From positions 1 to 54,106 of the forward strand of contig NW_021833806.1 of the NCBI RefSeq assembly GCF_006345805.1: a stretch of 54,106 nt of DNA. The letters are read 5' to 3'. A model generated the notes under the pieces. The model worked only from the letters and a program-made list of their open reading frames with translations, searched no databases and was not told the DNA's origin. Of the stretch, positions 1-12,229 are shown piece by piece. Source of the DNA: Octopus sinensis (Eukaryota). How positions within the stretch are numbered: position 1 is the stretch's first letter; every line of letters begins with the position of its first letter. Made by a program: the position numbers and the translations under genes.

Positions 1-172
1 CAATCAACTTTGTATGAGGGGACAGTATCAAAGTGCTAGTGAGCATTCTTTTATTAACCATTTCTTAAATAAAGAGTTTGGAAATGGGTACATATATTCT
101 GAATGGGTTGATGTCAAGAATGCTTTCGATTTTCTGGACCATGACTTTTTATTTCATGTAATAGATTGTTCT
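1..172 (+). mobile_element. Reverse transcriptase fragment of a non-LTR element, interrupted by the following LINE
   Basis: Reads WVDVKNAFDFLDHDFLFHVIDCSG, an RT xDxxxAFD motif; ends at the (TAA)n tail of the adjacent LINE. Confidence 0.45.
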
Positions 173-175
173 GGG

Positions 176-2130
176 ATTATTATTATTATTTAACCCAATA
201 ATCATCAACAGTTAATTAGGGTAATTAATTATGTGATTCCAACAATCCTCAAGATCTTTCTCAGCTTTTCCCGATGTTGGACTCTTGACCCAACGCAAGT
301 GCGGGACGGGCGGGGGGCAGTTTTTGTGAGGAATTGAATCGGGTTGATGTGTTTCGGGTTTGTAAGGTCTTAGTTCTTTGGCAGATGGTCCTAAGAAGCC
401 CTTTCCATCTTTTTTAATAAGGTAGTCCAGCGGACTCGCGATAATGTTGTTCAAGTTGGAAATTTTCTTTTTACTAGCCGCGGCTCGGCATAGTGTAGTC
501 TCAATTTTAAGATGTTTAGACCATGAGAGATTAGTACCCCATGCGGCGCAGGCATAGCCAATTGTAGGTTCGATGAATTATTTGTAGAGAGTGCCGAGAG
601 CCGGGAACGGTTTCTTTAGTCCGCCAAATATCGATTTGATTAGTCCAATCTTTCTCTGACTGGATCCGATGGCCTTCTCTAGATGGGCAGTAAAACACAT
701 GTGGGTGTCAAAAGTGATTCCCAGAATTTTAGGGTTCTTCGTGAATGGGATCTTTTCGTTCTCCAGAAAAAAATCAGCAGTACGGCTTCCGAGTCTCTTG
801 TCCGACGTAAGTAAGATAGTGGACGATTTTTCTTAGTGATGGTATCGTTGAGGTTCTTTATTTCTTTTCTTCCTCTGGGAATAGAAATTAGATTCTTTTT
901 AAGAAAGTTTCTTTTTCTGATAAGGATTTTTGTCTCCTGGTCGAGATTTTCGTCGAAGTGATGGTAAGTGTATTTTGGAATAAATAGTTTTCTACCCAGC
1001 AAAGTCGCCTCATTTAGGCACTTGACAGCTCCGTGGATTGATTTTAACAGTTTACTATCAAAGTTTTGCAGCATTGCGTCGATGAAGTTAACATATCCCT
1101 CTCAGTTTGCGCTCTTGTAATCGAAAAAGGACATAGCTTTGTTCGTACGAGGAAGGGCTTTCTTGATCCTGATGATGATTGGATTGTGATCTGAATAAAG
1201 ATCGTAGTCTACTGCTTATGAAATGGCTGAGGATAAGTTAGTTGAGGATAGTGTAATGTCCGTAGATGTTAAGTGTTCGGTATCCTTATAAGGTGTTTCA
1301 GTGTGGGTCTTCGGATTGTTAAGGAAAGACATGGCAGAGAGTTGTTTCAATAGAGACCATCCTCTTGAGTCTGCCCGTTGGGATTTAAGCCAAGTCGGAT
1401 GCTTTGCGTTCAAATCTCCGCAAATTAAAAGGTTCTTTAAATTGGATAGCTTTGAGAAGTTTTGGTTGAATCCCTTTGGACAAGACAGGAGGGGTGGAAC
1501 ATATATGTTGACAATAGTTATCTTTCCAAATTTAGTAATCAACGTAATTCCAGATATTTCTGATACGCCGTCCTGAATAAAGTCATCCGAGGGGTTCGTA
1601 TAGTGCAAATCGTTTTTGATAATAAACAGAAAGCCTCCGCCAAGTTGGTTTAACTAATCTTAGCGGATACAGTTATATCCCGGGAATGAGGGAGTAATAG
1701 AGGAAAGTGTTAATTTGTTTTCTTGTAAGGCAGCTACATCGATGTTGTGTTTTTTGAGGTATGTCCGTAATTCAAGAACTTTCCCTCTTATTCCATTGAT
1801 GTACAGTTGGAGTATGGTTAGATGTGGTCCTGGATTCTCCTTAACATCGCCCGAAAGCAGAATGCTCGAGCCTTTCGTCCATCGGGGGCTGAGATCCCGA
1901 GATTGTCGTCTGGATAATTCCAGCTGGGAAGAGTGAATGGTTCTTTTCTCGAATGCTTTAGGAGCATTCTGTGCGCCTCCACAGTTGTAACAACTGGTGA
2001 ACCACATGACGCAACGTAAGATATTCTTTTGGGTTGTTAACTGTGTGAAAAGTATTGTACAAATGTGGACAGTGAAGCCCATTTGTTTAGTTGGTCCGAT
2101 GAATGACTGCTGTCAGGACACTTCATTTAA
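176..2130 (-). mobile_element. Decayed APE-type LINE (I/Jockey-like) with 2A-like motif, endonuclease, largely deleted RT and (TAA)n tail
   Basis: ORFs 1660-2082 (LTILQLYINGIRGK, DVAALQENKL) and 1216-1608 (IVNIYVPP, ICGDLNAKHPTW, DITLSS) are APE endonuclease motifs; LLSGDVKENPGP at 1825-1860; ATT repeat at ~177-190 is a TAA tail on the minus strand. Confidence 0.75.
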
Positions 2131-2449
2131 AACAACGCGACCTATAACAACTTTTTCTTAACGGAAAGGTAGAGAGTAGAAACTAGTAGCAAATTCTTTC
2201 TCAAAAAGGGAAAGAGAAGTTTAGAACAGTAAGGAGTAAAAATCTCAGTTAAATAGTGTAACCTTAGTTAAATTTTGTTTATATAATAAGCAAGTATAAA
2301 ATCAATTTTTAAGTCAAAATTTCTGCTTTATGTTTTAAAAATATTAAAAAATAGGTTTTCTCGCTTAATGAATTAATTAGATTATCGAGATTCGTAGCCA
2401 CTACTTTTGGAATTCACTGACGATTTTAAAAAATCATGTAACTCATTTT

Positions 2450-2812
2450 TCATTTTTCGACATTCTTCAATCTCATTATTCTAATAAACATAATTAGGTT
2501 AATAAGAATAATAACCATTATTAACTCCGATGAACTTATTTCTTCACTCATATCAGAACTATAAATCTGATTTTTGAATGACTGATTTTTGAGTTTAGAT
2601 TTCGATCGATTATTATTTGTAGAATTCATATCTTTTCTCACAATTTTTTCTTCACAGAAATTTTTAAGAGGGGGGAGAGGAGGTAGTGGCAGACAAGATA
2701 GCATTTGGGATCCTATTGCATTGTTGTTTATGCATTTATGTTTTTTGTATTCTGAAAATGCATGTTTAATTAGTTTGGATTTTTCATTAACAATTTTGTC
2801 ATTTTTTGTTAC
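2450..2812 (-). CDS. Hypothetical exon or ORF with a C-terminal hydrophobic segment; unrecognised
   Basis: Frame is open from ~2812 to the stop at 2450 and ends LIMVIILINLIMFIRIMRLKNVEK; no homology recognised. Confidence 0.2.
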   Translation of the reverse strand, partial: VTKNDKIVNEKSKLIKHAFSEYKKHKCINNNAIGSQMLSCLPLPPLPPLKNFCEEKIVRKDMNSTNNNRSKSKLKNQSFKNQIYSSDMSEEISSSELIMVIILINLIMFIRIMRLKNVEK

Positions 2813-5058
2813 AAAATCGTTCTAAAATTCTATAACATTATATGAAAACTTTTTTTTGAATCATTTCGCTAAAAATAAGATCATTTGAATTAAAAGAACA
2901 TTGATATATCAGAAAGCCAGATTTATGAATAAAGTAATCTTCTAATACATTCTCGGAAAATTTGTTTGGAAAATAAATCAATATTTTTGACAACTTTGTT
3001 ACTATTTATTATTTTTTGCAATTTTTATACTTTTTTCATGAATCACACTTTTATATGAAACTTTGTCGTCGATTTGCATTTCAATAAGCAATTTATCTAA
3101 ATAGACATTAGAAAATATTTAATTTGAACATTATTTAAATTTATGGTTACTTATTTTATTGTTTTGAAACAAGAATTATATTGTTTATTTATAGTTTAGT
3201 TTAATTGTCTTACAATTGGCATTTTTTAAAAATTTTAATATTTTATTGACTAACGCCTTTATGTTTTCGTCTTTACCATTAATATTTTTACAAAAGATTA
3301 ATTTGTGTTTAATATAACTTGAGTCTATAATGAATAAAATAATATGTACCAAATAATTTCATTGCTTTGAATTTTAACGAAGAAAATATACATTCTCGTA
3401 ATATAAAACTCAAAAAAATTTCTTGACTTTCTAATAATCGATTTGAGTTATCGCAGTTATCTGATACTGATACACTTTTATTGCACATAAAAACAACCGT
3501 TTGGAGCTACAAAAACGACAGTTTTTGGAATAATAGAATGTTTAAGTAGTATTGAACAGATTAATTTAGGCATTGGGCTATAAATTGTTTGATTGTTTGA
3601 AAGGGCTGATTTCATCCCAGTTGTTTGAATTCTAGGTTGTTTTGGATATTTCTATGTTATACAAATTAGATAATAATACATTAGAGAGCATCCGACACAG
3701 TTTTTCAAATTAATTGCGCCAAGTTAATTTATATTTTATTTGATAACAAATCTACAAAATTTAATCGACTTAATGCCGCTAGCCGAGTAAAGTGATACCA
3801 ATAAACTATTCTTTAATAATATTTTCAATTACAAACAGATGTTTTTCAGTAACCTCTCGATGTCGTTTATCCAATAAAACTAATTTATCAAATAATATTT
3901 ATTCTTCTATTGAAAATTTTGTATTTAATACAATGAGAAGTTGTTAATTGAACATTTTTTTAATGGTGACGAATTTTTAAAAAATATTTAAGCATCTTCT
4001 CTTCGAAGTGAAAAAATATTTTATCAAAACAGGATGCCGCATGCATAAAAAGATAAAAGAAAGATAAATTAATATCTCCAGATTTATTTCAATCGTAAAG
4101 TTAATTGTCTAATTTGTATTAAAGGTCAGACATCAAAAACAATAAATTTAATTGTTTCCAGACTAAAATAGCAATAATTTTGATGCATCAAAGAAATCAA
4201 TTTAAATGGTTCCCATAGTTTTCTATTTTAAATGAAATTAAAACAATGCTGCTCTATTTGATCTTTTAAGTAGATTCTCTCAATGTAAAAAAGCTTTTGT
4301 TTACAACATGCCAGGTAGATATGGCTGATATGTTCGGTTCGACGCCGAGAACGTATTCGTGCAGGTAGCGTCCCACAAAAGGAAACGGCTTTCCTGGAAT
4401 GGAAAGATTGTCAGTTCGTTCGGTGTCGGATGCGTCAAAATTGATGGAAACCCCACAGCCTAAACGACAAAGATAAGGCATCATTTAAAGCCGCGTTTCA
4501 GGAGAAACGACATTGGTTCAGACCGAATCGGAGAGCAACTCCAATTCTGAGGAAAATTGTCGTCGAGGAGAGTTCCTGTGGATGCGCTCAGCTAGGCGCT
4601 ACCCTCATAAGTTGCAGCAGAGAGGAGGAAATTGGATTTTGTCTAAACAGACGGAAAGTCTTCGTCTGGGAATTTATAATCACTGTATTATTTTATGGAA
4701 TTTTAAATAAAATTCTTTATTTTAGTAAAATTTTTTTTGGAAAGTACTGGCTTAAAACTCTATACTTAATAACATTTGAAATAGTAAAATACAAGCCGAC
4801 ATTTAAATAACAGACAAAAACTCAAGATAGAACTTATTCTTGAGCGTCTATAATTAGAGGTTTTAAGAAAAGAATCCTAAGACTGTTTTTAGAGTGTTTT
4901 GAAGATAGATCTGGTATCTTTGATGGATCTTTTTGTTCATCAATAAGAAGGAAATCGATATGAATCTCTTTGAAGCCGGTTTTATGACTTTTTAATGTCA
5001 TAATGTTATCTATTAACGTCTTAATGTTACCTATCGATTTCTTTAATTGTTTCCTATA

Positions 5059-5676
5059 CAGTAAACTCTCTCAAATTTTCGATAGATTTGTGGAATGGAA
5101 AATTGCAGAATTTAATCAATCATTTTAAAATATTTATTGGAAACTTTTTGTCGATTAAAACTAAAAAATTTGATTATATTAAGAAACAAAATTTTTTATT
5201 AGGACAAATTACTAAATTTTATCAAAATAATATTCAATTTCAATTTGTTTTTTTTGATATTTCAATTTTTTCTTTGAATCTTCTAATTGCTGTAACAAAG
5301 ACTGCATCGTCTCCGTTTTCAATGTTCTCAATAAGATCCGTTTCAATTTAGCTTAACTTGGATGCTACTTCATTCTTGAGGGTTTCATTTCAGCAGCATC
5401 TTCATGGATGAGTATCTCACTTTCATCCAATAATGGTGTTATTTCTTCTTCATCTGTTGCATTTTTTCAGAGTAATTTATCAACACAAAATCTTCGATTT
5501 CAATCGGATCGAAAATATCCGTCTTGGTTAATATTTCTTTTAACGGCGTGATTGTATCCAATTTTCTAAGAAGTTTAAAACGATTTATAAACGTACATCT
5601 TTTCTGTCATTTTTATAAATAGAACAGTATCTTTAAGGCTATCTACAAAAAATGGCCAATTTTCGAGGGTTCACTG
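5059..5676. mobile_element. Possible degenerate pogo/Tigger-derived element
   Basis: TA-CAGTAAACTCTC at 5057 and GAGGGTTCACTG-TA ending at 5678 resemble CAGT-type TIRs; the interior is a broken acidic reading frame on the minus strand. Confidence 0.3.
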
Positions 5677-5766
5677 TAAAGGCAAATTCTGAATTGGAAA
5701 ATTTAAAATAGTTTACTGTACTTTATAACAATTCAAAATTTAAATATATAACTGACCGACTATTCC

Positions 5767-6459
5767 ATGATGCGCGCGGGGTTTCTTGTGGTGTTCGAAG
5801 GCCCTGATAAAGTTGGAAAAACCACACAGTGCAAGCTCCTATACGAATCCCTAAATAAAATGGGGATTCCATCTAGATTAATGAAATTTCCAGGCAATGA
5901 TTGTTTGCTAATTCATTAGACCGGGAAACCAAGATAGGAAAATTAATAGACTCATATCTCAAATGTCAAATAGACTTGGACGATCACGCTGTACATCTTC
6001 TTTTTTCTGCAAATAGATGGGAACTTTAGTTTGTTATTTTTTTTATTTTTAGTAACGAAATGATCACTATTTTGTCTGAAGGAAAAATACTGATTCTAGA
6101 TCGTTATATTTACTCTGGAATTGCATATTCAGTGGCTAAGGTTTCATATATGAATTTAAAAATTTTTAGGGTTTGTCCCCAGAGTGGTGTAGTGCATGCG
6201 ATGTGGGACTCCCAGAACCTGACATTGTATTATACTTGGAGAAAAAAAATGTTATTTTTCCGAATAACAGTCATCATGAGAGATATGACAATCCTCTTTT
6301 TCAGGACAAAACTTCTTTTTGTTTCAAAAATCATTTTCCTGAGAATACGAAAGTTTGGAGATAGTAAATTTTTGATATTAGATTATTACCGTATGCGATG
6401 ATATTATGGAAACACATAAAATTATTCTCAATTTTGTCTTAGAAATGTCCAATATCTAA
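5767..6459 (+). CDS. DTYMK: Thymidylate kinase (dTMP kinase), 5 exons
   Basis: MMRAGFLVVFEGPDKVGKTTQ P-loop, LLFSANRWE, ILDRYIYSGIAYSVAKG and GLPEPDIVLYL. Introns 5894-5919 (GC-AG), 6029-6052, 6141-6169 and 6353-6381 keep the frame; TAA at 6457-6459. Confidence 0.95.
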
Positions 6460-6789
6460 TTCTCTTTTTTTACGTCTTTTAATAATTTTTTATATTAATA
6501 ATGTCGGTCTTTACAATGAGAAAGCATCTTTTAGTCAAATGTTTATCTTAATTAGTTTTCCCTGTACTTTTGTAAATCTAATATACTAAAAATAAGAAAT
6601 GATTAAGAGTTCCATATTTATTTAATATCGTGATTTATCAAATCAAGCGCAATGACAAGTGTAGCTAAAATTAAAAAATGAGTGGTTTCATGAAATTTTA
6701 TAGCGATTTTTGTACTATCGCTTATTTCAAAAATTTTTTTTTTAATGAAACAAGTTATTATCTTTGAAGCAAGAAAGAAATTAAAGATA

Positions 6790-7350
6790 GCTAAGTTAAT
6801 TAAAGGCCTCACGAGACACCCGACCAGCCTCGCAAATGGCGAAGCCGTTCCCTCAGATCACAGCAATCGACAGACGTTCCAGGAGCCAAGAAAACTCTCT
6901 TGGGTCGTGACTAGTCCTTGAAATCCGTCGACCGAGCGAGCGAAGGAAGCGGAGTGTCTTGGGACCGAAGATCCCGGAGGACTCCACGGCAATTGGAGTA
7001 AAGAGCAGCGAGTTGGAGAGGTGGCCGTACTTGAGAATCTTTCGCTCCTCGGCCTGCCTGGAAGCGTGCCCAGGATTGGCGGCGGACAGAGCGAGATTTC
7101 CCAGCGAGAACGTGTCCGAGCAGGTAGAATCCCAAATAAGGGATTTCCCCTGCTCGTAGGGGAAGGTGGACATGCCGTCAGGGCGTTTGCCATCCCCTCT
7201 ATCCAATCCAACAGGTTCAAGGATTGACGGGATGCCTGCTGAAGCGAGGGCTCTCTGTATGACTGAGTTGAGTTCACTGTGACGGGGGGCACGACCGGCA
7301 CTCCGCCGGCAAGCGAGGGGATGCAAACCGTACTCGTCAACAGTTCCCCC
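6790..7350 (-). mobile_element. 5'-truncated CRE-clade non-LTR element (REL endonuclease end)
   Basis: HPLACRRSAGRAPRHSELN..LEPVGLDRGDGKRPDG..LIWDSTCSDT..PIAVESSG..ERLSIAVI, the PD-(D/E)xK domain typical of CRE elements. Confidence 0.8.
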
Positions 7351-7575
7351 AATTTATTCATATTTTAATGATGATTAATAATGACTTTAAATCAATTACA
7401 TTAGTCCGACCCCCAAATGGGGCACCAAGTGCCCCAAAATGCGGGGTGCCCCAAAAACAGGGGTTGTTATTTTTTAAAAATTAACCCATTAATAAACATC
7501 AAAAAACATTTTTACTAAAATATTCAGTTATTTTCTTTTTATTTGTAGAGTTTTGTCTGATATTGTTCGTCAATT

Positions 7576-8890
7576 TCAGCCGAAAATCAAAAAAATCTCG
7601 GAGCATACTTGGTGCAACATTAGAAATTTTTTCTCTAAATTGTTAAGCAGATCTTTTGTTTTTGCTACGACATTTTCACTATTTTCGGTTTCTGAATATG
7701 TATCATAAACATTATTGTTCATGTCTTCGCATTCTCCATCAATTGTTTCGTTAACAACTTGATCTAAATGTTCATCTGTTAGACAGTTTTTTGTTGCATA
7801 AGAATCACGGTTCCTGTCGATTTTCTTCCAACAATTAACAATACTTTTAGCATCTATTTTCTCCCATCCTTTTGAAATTAGCATCATAACCTGACGCAAA
7901 TTTAATTTACCAATAGAATGTGTAAAATCGTTTTCGAAATCTTGAAAACATAAAAATTCCATTAAGAAAGAGGAATAATAATCTTTAAAAATCTTGATTA
8001 TTCCCATATCCAAAGGTTGTAAATAGGGCGTTGTATTTTTCGGCAAAAATAAAAATTCGATGTTCGAACATTCGGCAGTTTTATGGCATCCCGCATTGTC
8101 AAGTATTAATAATATTTTTCTGTTGTTTTTGCAAAACGATTCATTTATAAGTGTAAGCCAACTCATAAAAGTCTTTCCAGTCATCCATGCATTTTGAGAA
8201 GATGAATACAATAACCCAAAATCTTGAACATCAAAATTTTTTAGACACCGAGGTTTTTTATTTTCCAATAATCAATGGATTAAGTTTTTCCCCGATTAAA
8301 CTGCAGCATAGAAGAACAGTGAGTCTTTCTTTCCCTTGTTTATAACCAAAACACGGTTCGCCTTGTTCAACAAATGATTTTTGAGGAGTTCTTTTTAAAA
8401 AAGCGCAGTTTCATCACAATTAAATATATTCTCAGGTCCATATTTTAATACTTTCTGGTCATATTTTTCAAAAAATATTTTCACATAAGATAAATCACAT
8501 GAAGCTTTTTCACCACATATTGACTTGAATTGAAGTTCATGCCGCAATTTAAATCTATCAAGCCACCCATTGGAAGCTTTAAAAGAAGTAAATCCAATTT
8601 TTGAAGCTGTAACTAAGGCAATTTTTTCAAAATAGGGTCTGAAATCGGAATTTTATCTACGCGTAGTCTTTGAAATATTTCAAAGACTTGATCATCAAAT
8701 TTATCTTTATCGGCTTTAAATGTGTCATATCCTCAGAAATAGTATTGCCGTGTTGCAAGAAAGGTACATTTCGTTTTTTTTATTCTTGATATTGTTCCTT
8801 TACTTGTGTTGTACTTTTCATTAGTTGCCTCTCAGATAAATTTTTCTTCAAATTTCTTTAGCAATCTTCAATTTAGTTTCGTAATCCATA
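7576..8890 (-). pseudogene. pogo/Tigger transposase (CENP-B HTH plus DDE_1), frameshifted
   Basis: ASNGWLDRFK, IFNCDETA, SSQNAWMT, LILDNAGCH and FLPKNTTPYLQPLDMGIIK, in broken frames. Confidence 0.85.
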
Positions 8891-8982
8891 ACCACAACAA
8901 TAAAAATATAATTGAAAATAAAACAAAAAATAATTAATTTATTATAATTTTATTTTATTTTTAATCTTAATAATAAAATGGT

Positions 8983-9050
8983 ATGGTGTGTGTCTGTCTG
9001 TGTGTCTGTCTGTCTGTGTGTCTGTCTGTCTGTCTGTCTGTCTGTGTGTG
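8983..9050 (+). repeat. (GTCT)n/(GT)n microsatellite at the Helitron 5' end
   Basis: gtgtgtctgtctgtgtgtctgtctgtc...; mirrored at 34440-34515. Confidence 0.9.
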
Positions 9051-9072
9051 CACACCAACTTCAAATTGGCAA

Positions 9073-9970
9073 TACGATGTCCTCGACTTACATGATGAGG
9101 TCCTTAAAACCTTCCCCCCCAAAAAAAATTAAAAAAAAATTTCTGCATTTTGGTTAAAATGAACAACTACAATGTCCTCGACTTACATGATGAAGTCCTT
9201 AAAACCTTCCCCCCCAAAAAAAATTAAAAAAAAATTTCTGCATTTTGGTTAAAATGAACAACTACAATGTCCTCGACTTACATGATGAGGTCCTTAAAAC
9301 CTTCCCCCCAAAAAAAATTAAAAAAAAATTTCTGCATTTGGTTAAAATGAACAACTACAATGTCCTCGACTTACATGATGAAGTCCTTAAAACCTTCCCC
9401 CCCAAAAAAAATTAAAAAAAAATTTTCTGCATTTTGTTAAAAATGAACAACTACAATGTCCTCGACTTACATGATGAAGTCCTTAAAACCTTCCCCCCAA
9501 AAAAATAAAAAAAAATTTTCTGCATTTTGGTTAAAATGAACAACTACAATGTCCTCGACTTACATGATGAAGTCCTTAAAACCTTCCCCCCCAAAAAAAA
9601 TTAAAAAAAAAAATTTCTGCATTTTGGTTAAAATGAACAACTACAATGTCCTCGACTTACATGATGAAGTCCTTAAAACCTTCCCCCCCAAAAAAAATTA
9701 AAAAAAATTTTCTGCATTTTGGTTAAAATGAACAACTACAATGTCCTCAACTTACATGATGAAGTCCTTAAAACCTTCCCCCCCAAAAAAAATTAAAAAA
9801 AATTTTCTCTGCATTTGGTTAAAATGAACAACTACAATGTCCTCGACTTACATGATGAAGTCCTTAAAACCTTCCCCCCCAAAAAATCAAAAAATTATTT
9901 TCTGCATTTTGATTAAAATGAACAACGCGAATGTCCTCGACATTCATGATGAGGTCCATTAAAACCTTCA
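9073..9970 (+). repeat. ~95-bp minisatellite, 10 units, inside Helitron A
   Basis: Unit AAAATGAACAACTACAATGTCCTCGACTTACATGATGAAGTCCTTAAAACCTT-Cn-An-TT-An-TTTCTGCATTTTGGTT; unit starts at 9156, 9251, 9344 and so on. Confidence 0.95.
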
Positions 9971-10679
9971 AGGCAAAAATCTCACGTATTAAGAATATCC
10001 TTGATGAAAACGACAGCGAGAATATTAACAATGATGAACTCCCAATTATTCGCGATAAAGAAATTCAATTCATCCTATGTTTTTCTCTTTAAAATTAAAT
10101 GCATAATCATTATCGACCATGAATCAAAATTAAAGCTATTATCATATTTGACTTTGACAGAATGTGCAATCACAGATTGCACGACTTTGAATAGAGTGTG
10201 CAATTAACAGATTTTGAAAAACCACTTTGATAGTTGAAACCAATTAGCACAATTTACACAATTTACCACCAATTGACGCACGACCTTGAATAGAGTGTGC
10301 AATTAACTGATTTTGAAAAACACTTTGATAGTTGAAACCACATTAGCACAATCATTAACACAATTTACCACCAATTGACAGCGCAATCAGAAGAATTTGC
10401 GTAAAAATATTAGCTATTTAGTTAAGTTTTTCGTGAAGATAGAATTTATTTTCGGTATGCCTCTTTTTCCTAATTTTTTTATTATTCAAAAATAATTTTT
10501 TCAATAGATAACCGAAAGAGGGAAGACGACCTTAAGAAAAGAAGTTTTTCGTAAAGATAGAATTTATTTTCTGTATGCCTCTTTTTCCTAATATTTTTTA
10601 TTATTCAAAAATAATTTTTTAAATAGATAACCGAAGGAGGAAAAATGAAGCTGAAGAAAGATGGCTAACGTAATAGAGG

Positions 10680-10983
10680 CGACGATATTAACAGGTAAGT
10701 ATTGAGGTGAGGATGTTTATATTCCACGAATTCGATAATTTCTGATGAATTACCATTTAGATTTAAAAGGCTGCAATTTCCTTTGAGGATGAGTTTTGCA
10801 ATGACAATAAACAAGGCCCAGGGACAGTCATTAAAGGTAGTTGGGTTATTTTTAGAGAGTGAGTGCTTTTCACATGGACAGCTGTATGTGGGATGCTCGA
10901 GGGTAGGCAGAAGAGAAAATTTATTCATATATGCCAAGGAAGGACGGACGACAAACATCGTTTATCAACAGGCGATAGAATAG
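10680..10983 (+). pseudogene. Helitron RepHel Pif1-like helicase C-terminal remnant
   Basis: QFPLRMSFAMTINKAQGQSLKVVGLFLESECFSHGQLYVGCSRVG..TTNIVY. Confidence 0.9.
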
Positions 10984-11336
10984 GGTTACATTAAACCAGG
11001 TAGTTTTATACATCTACATAAACTTATAGTTGTTTGATGAAACAGGCCCTCCGCAGGAGCTAGGTCGCGGTGAGCGAAGCGAGCTGCCGAGCTAGTTCCT
11101 TATAAATGATTTTATGGTGCCCCAAAAATTCCATAATTTTTTATCGATTTTTATTTTTTTTCTGCCAAAATGTACTTTTGGAATAAAGTGCCCCAAATTG
11201 CGGGGGTGCCCCAAAATCCGAGGGTGCCCCACCCCTGGGGTCTGCCCCATTTTGGGGTCGGACTGTAATAAGCTGATGTTTTAATGAGAAAGATAAAATC
11301 TTTTTTAATTCGTCGAATTCAAAATGTGTTGCCAAA

Positions 11337-11595
11337 TTAGCGAGATGCTGCAGAGCAAAGAAAAATTGCCAAATACGCAAATCTTGGACAACGGTACCGC
11401 TTCGTACCTATCGCTGTGGAGACTTCTGGGGTAACCGGCCCTCTTACGACTTCTTTCATCAGAGAAGTCGGAGGAAAAGTTGCTAGGCGACGTGGGGAGC
11501 CTCGAGAAGTGTCATGGTTATTCCAACAAATTGGAATAGCTGTCGTTCGCGGCAATGCACACTCCATCATGCGTGCAACCGCAAGTGCCTTTTAG
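11337..11595 (+). mobile_element. CRE-clade 3' fragment
   Basis: AEQRKIAKYANL..FVPIAVETSG..WLFQQIGIAVVRGNAHSI. Confidence 0.75.
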
Positions 11596-12229
11596 TCATT
11601 GACTAACTTATTTCAATAATTACTTTGAAATTAAAAAAAAAAAAAAATTAGCGAGAATATTGAATTGCATTAAAGAATATCTTGAAATACTCGACAAAAA
11701 AACAACAAGTTAATGAAAAATAAAATGATCGATTTTCCTTAATTTGTCTTTACCGTGTTATTGAGTCTGTGATCGTCTTTTAGCCAATGACTATGCCTTC
11801 ATGGATTTTCTTTCTTCGTGACATTTCCCAATAACATCTAAACAGCACTCCGAATATTATTAAAAACTAAGATTTCAAATAAAATCAAGGCATATATACA
11901 GTATGTTCTCCTTAAAAAAGCTACTAAAATATGAAAGATTCGAGTTAATAATTTAGCTAATTAGTCAACTGTGCTCCATTTCGATATGGCTATGAAAATG
12001 GTAGACCACCTAGAAACAAGATGTGATATTATTTTATTTATTTATTAAAGACCAAAGACGGGTAAACCAGTTAATTATAGTAATCCCCGTGATCGCCGAT
12101 CCGAACGATACTAACTTACGGTAAAATAATGAGGTGATAAGATGTATCCATCTACATTTATTCTATGGAATAAACAAGTCTAAGAAGCAGTTCAGCAGTC
12201 AGTGGTGGAAATAATTTTATTGAATTATC

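Larger units (their letters stand above)
8965..11095 (+). mobile_element. Non-autonomous Helitron, copy A
   Basis: A|TC start at 8965 and CTAG|T end at 11092-11096 after a GC-rich subterminal tract; 5' (GTCT)n microsatellite; helicase C-terminus; inverted near-identical copy at 32372-34533. Confidence 0.88.
7399..11265 (-). mobile_element. pogo/Tigger DNA transposon interrupted by Helitron copy A
   Basis: Left end AGTCCGACCCCCAAATGGGG matches the right end CCCCATTTTGGGGTCGGACTG-TA as an inverted repeat; shared GTGCCCCAAAA subterminal motifs; internal transposase. Confidence 0.8.

Noticed and set aside
4266-4710. Host gene in the GC-richer island
   Set aside because: No recognisable motif, and no consistent spliced frame could be built by eye.
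9073-9970. CRISPR-like array (also 33440-34430)
   Set aside because: The inter-repeat segments are the same homopolymer block in every unit rather than unique spacers; no cas genes; eukaryotic Helitron context.
9073-9970. Tandem box C/D snoRNA cluster, since each unit has ATGATGA
   Set aside because: No box D (CTGA) in the unit (it reads CTGC) and no terminal stem.
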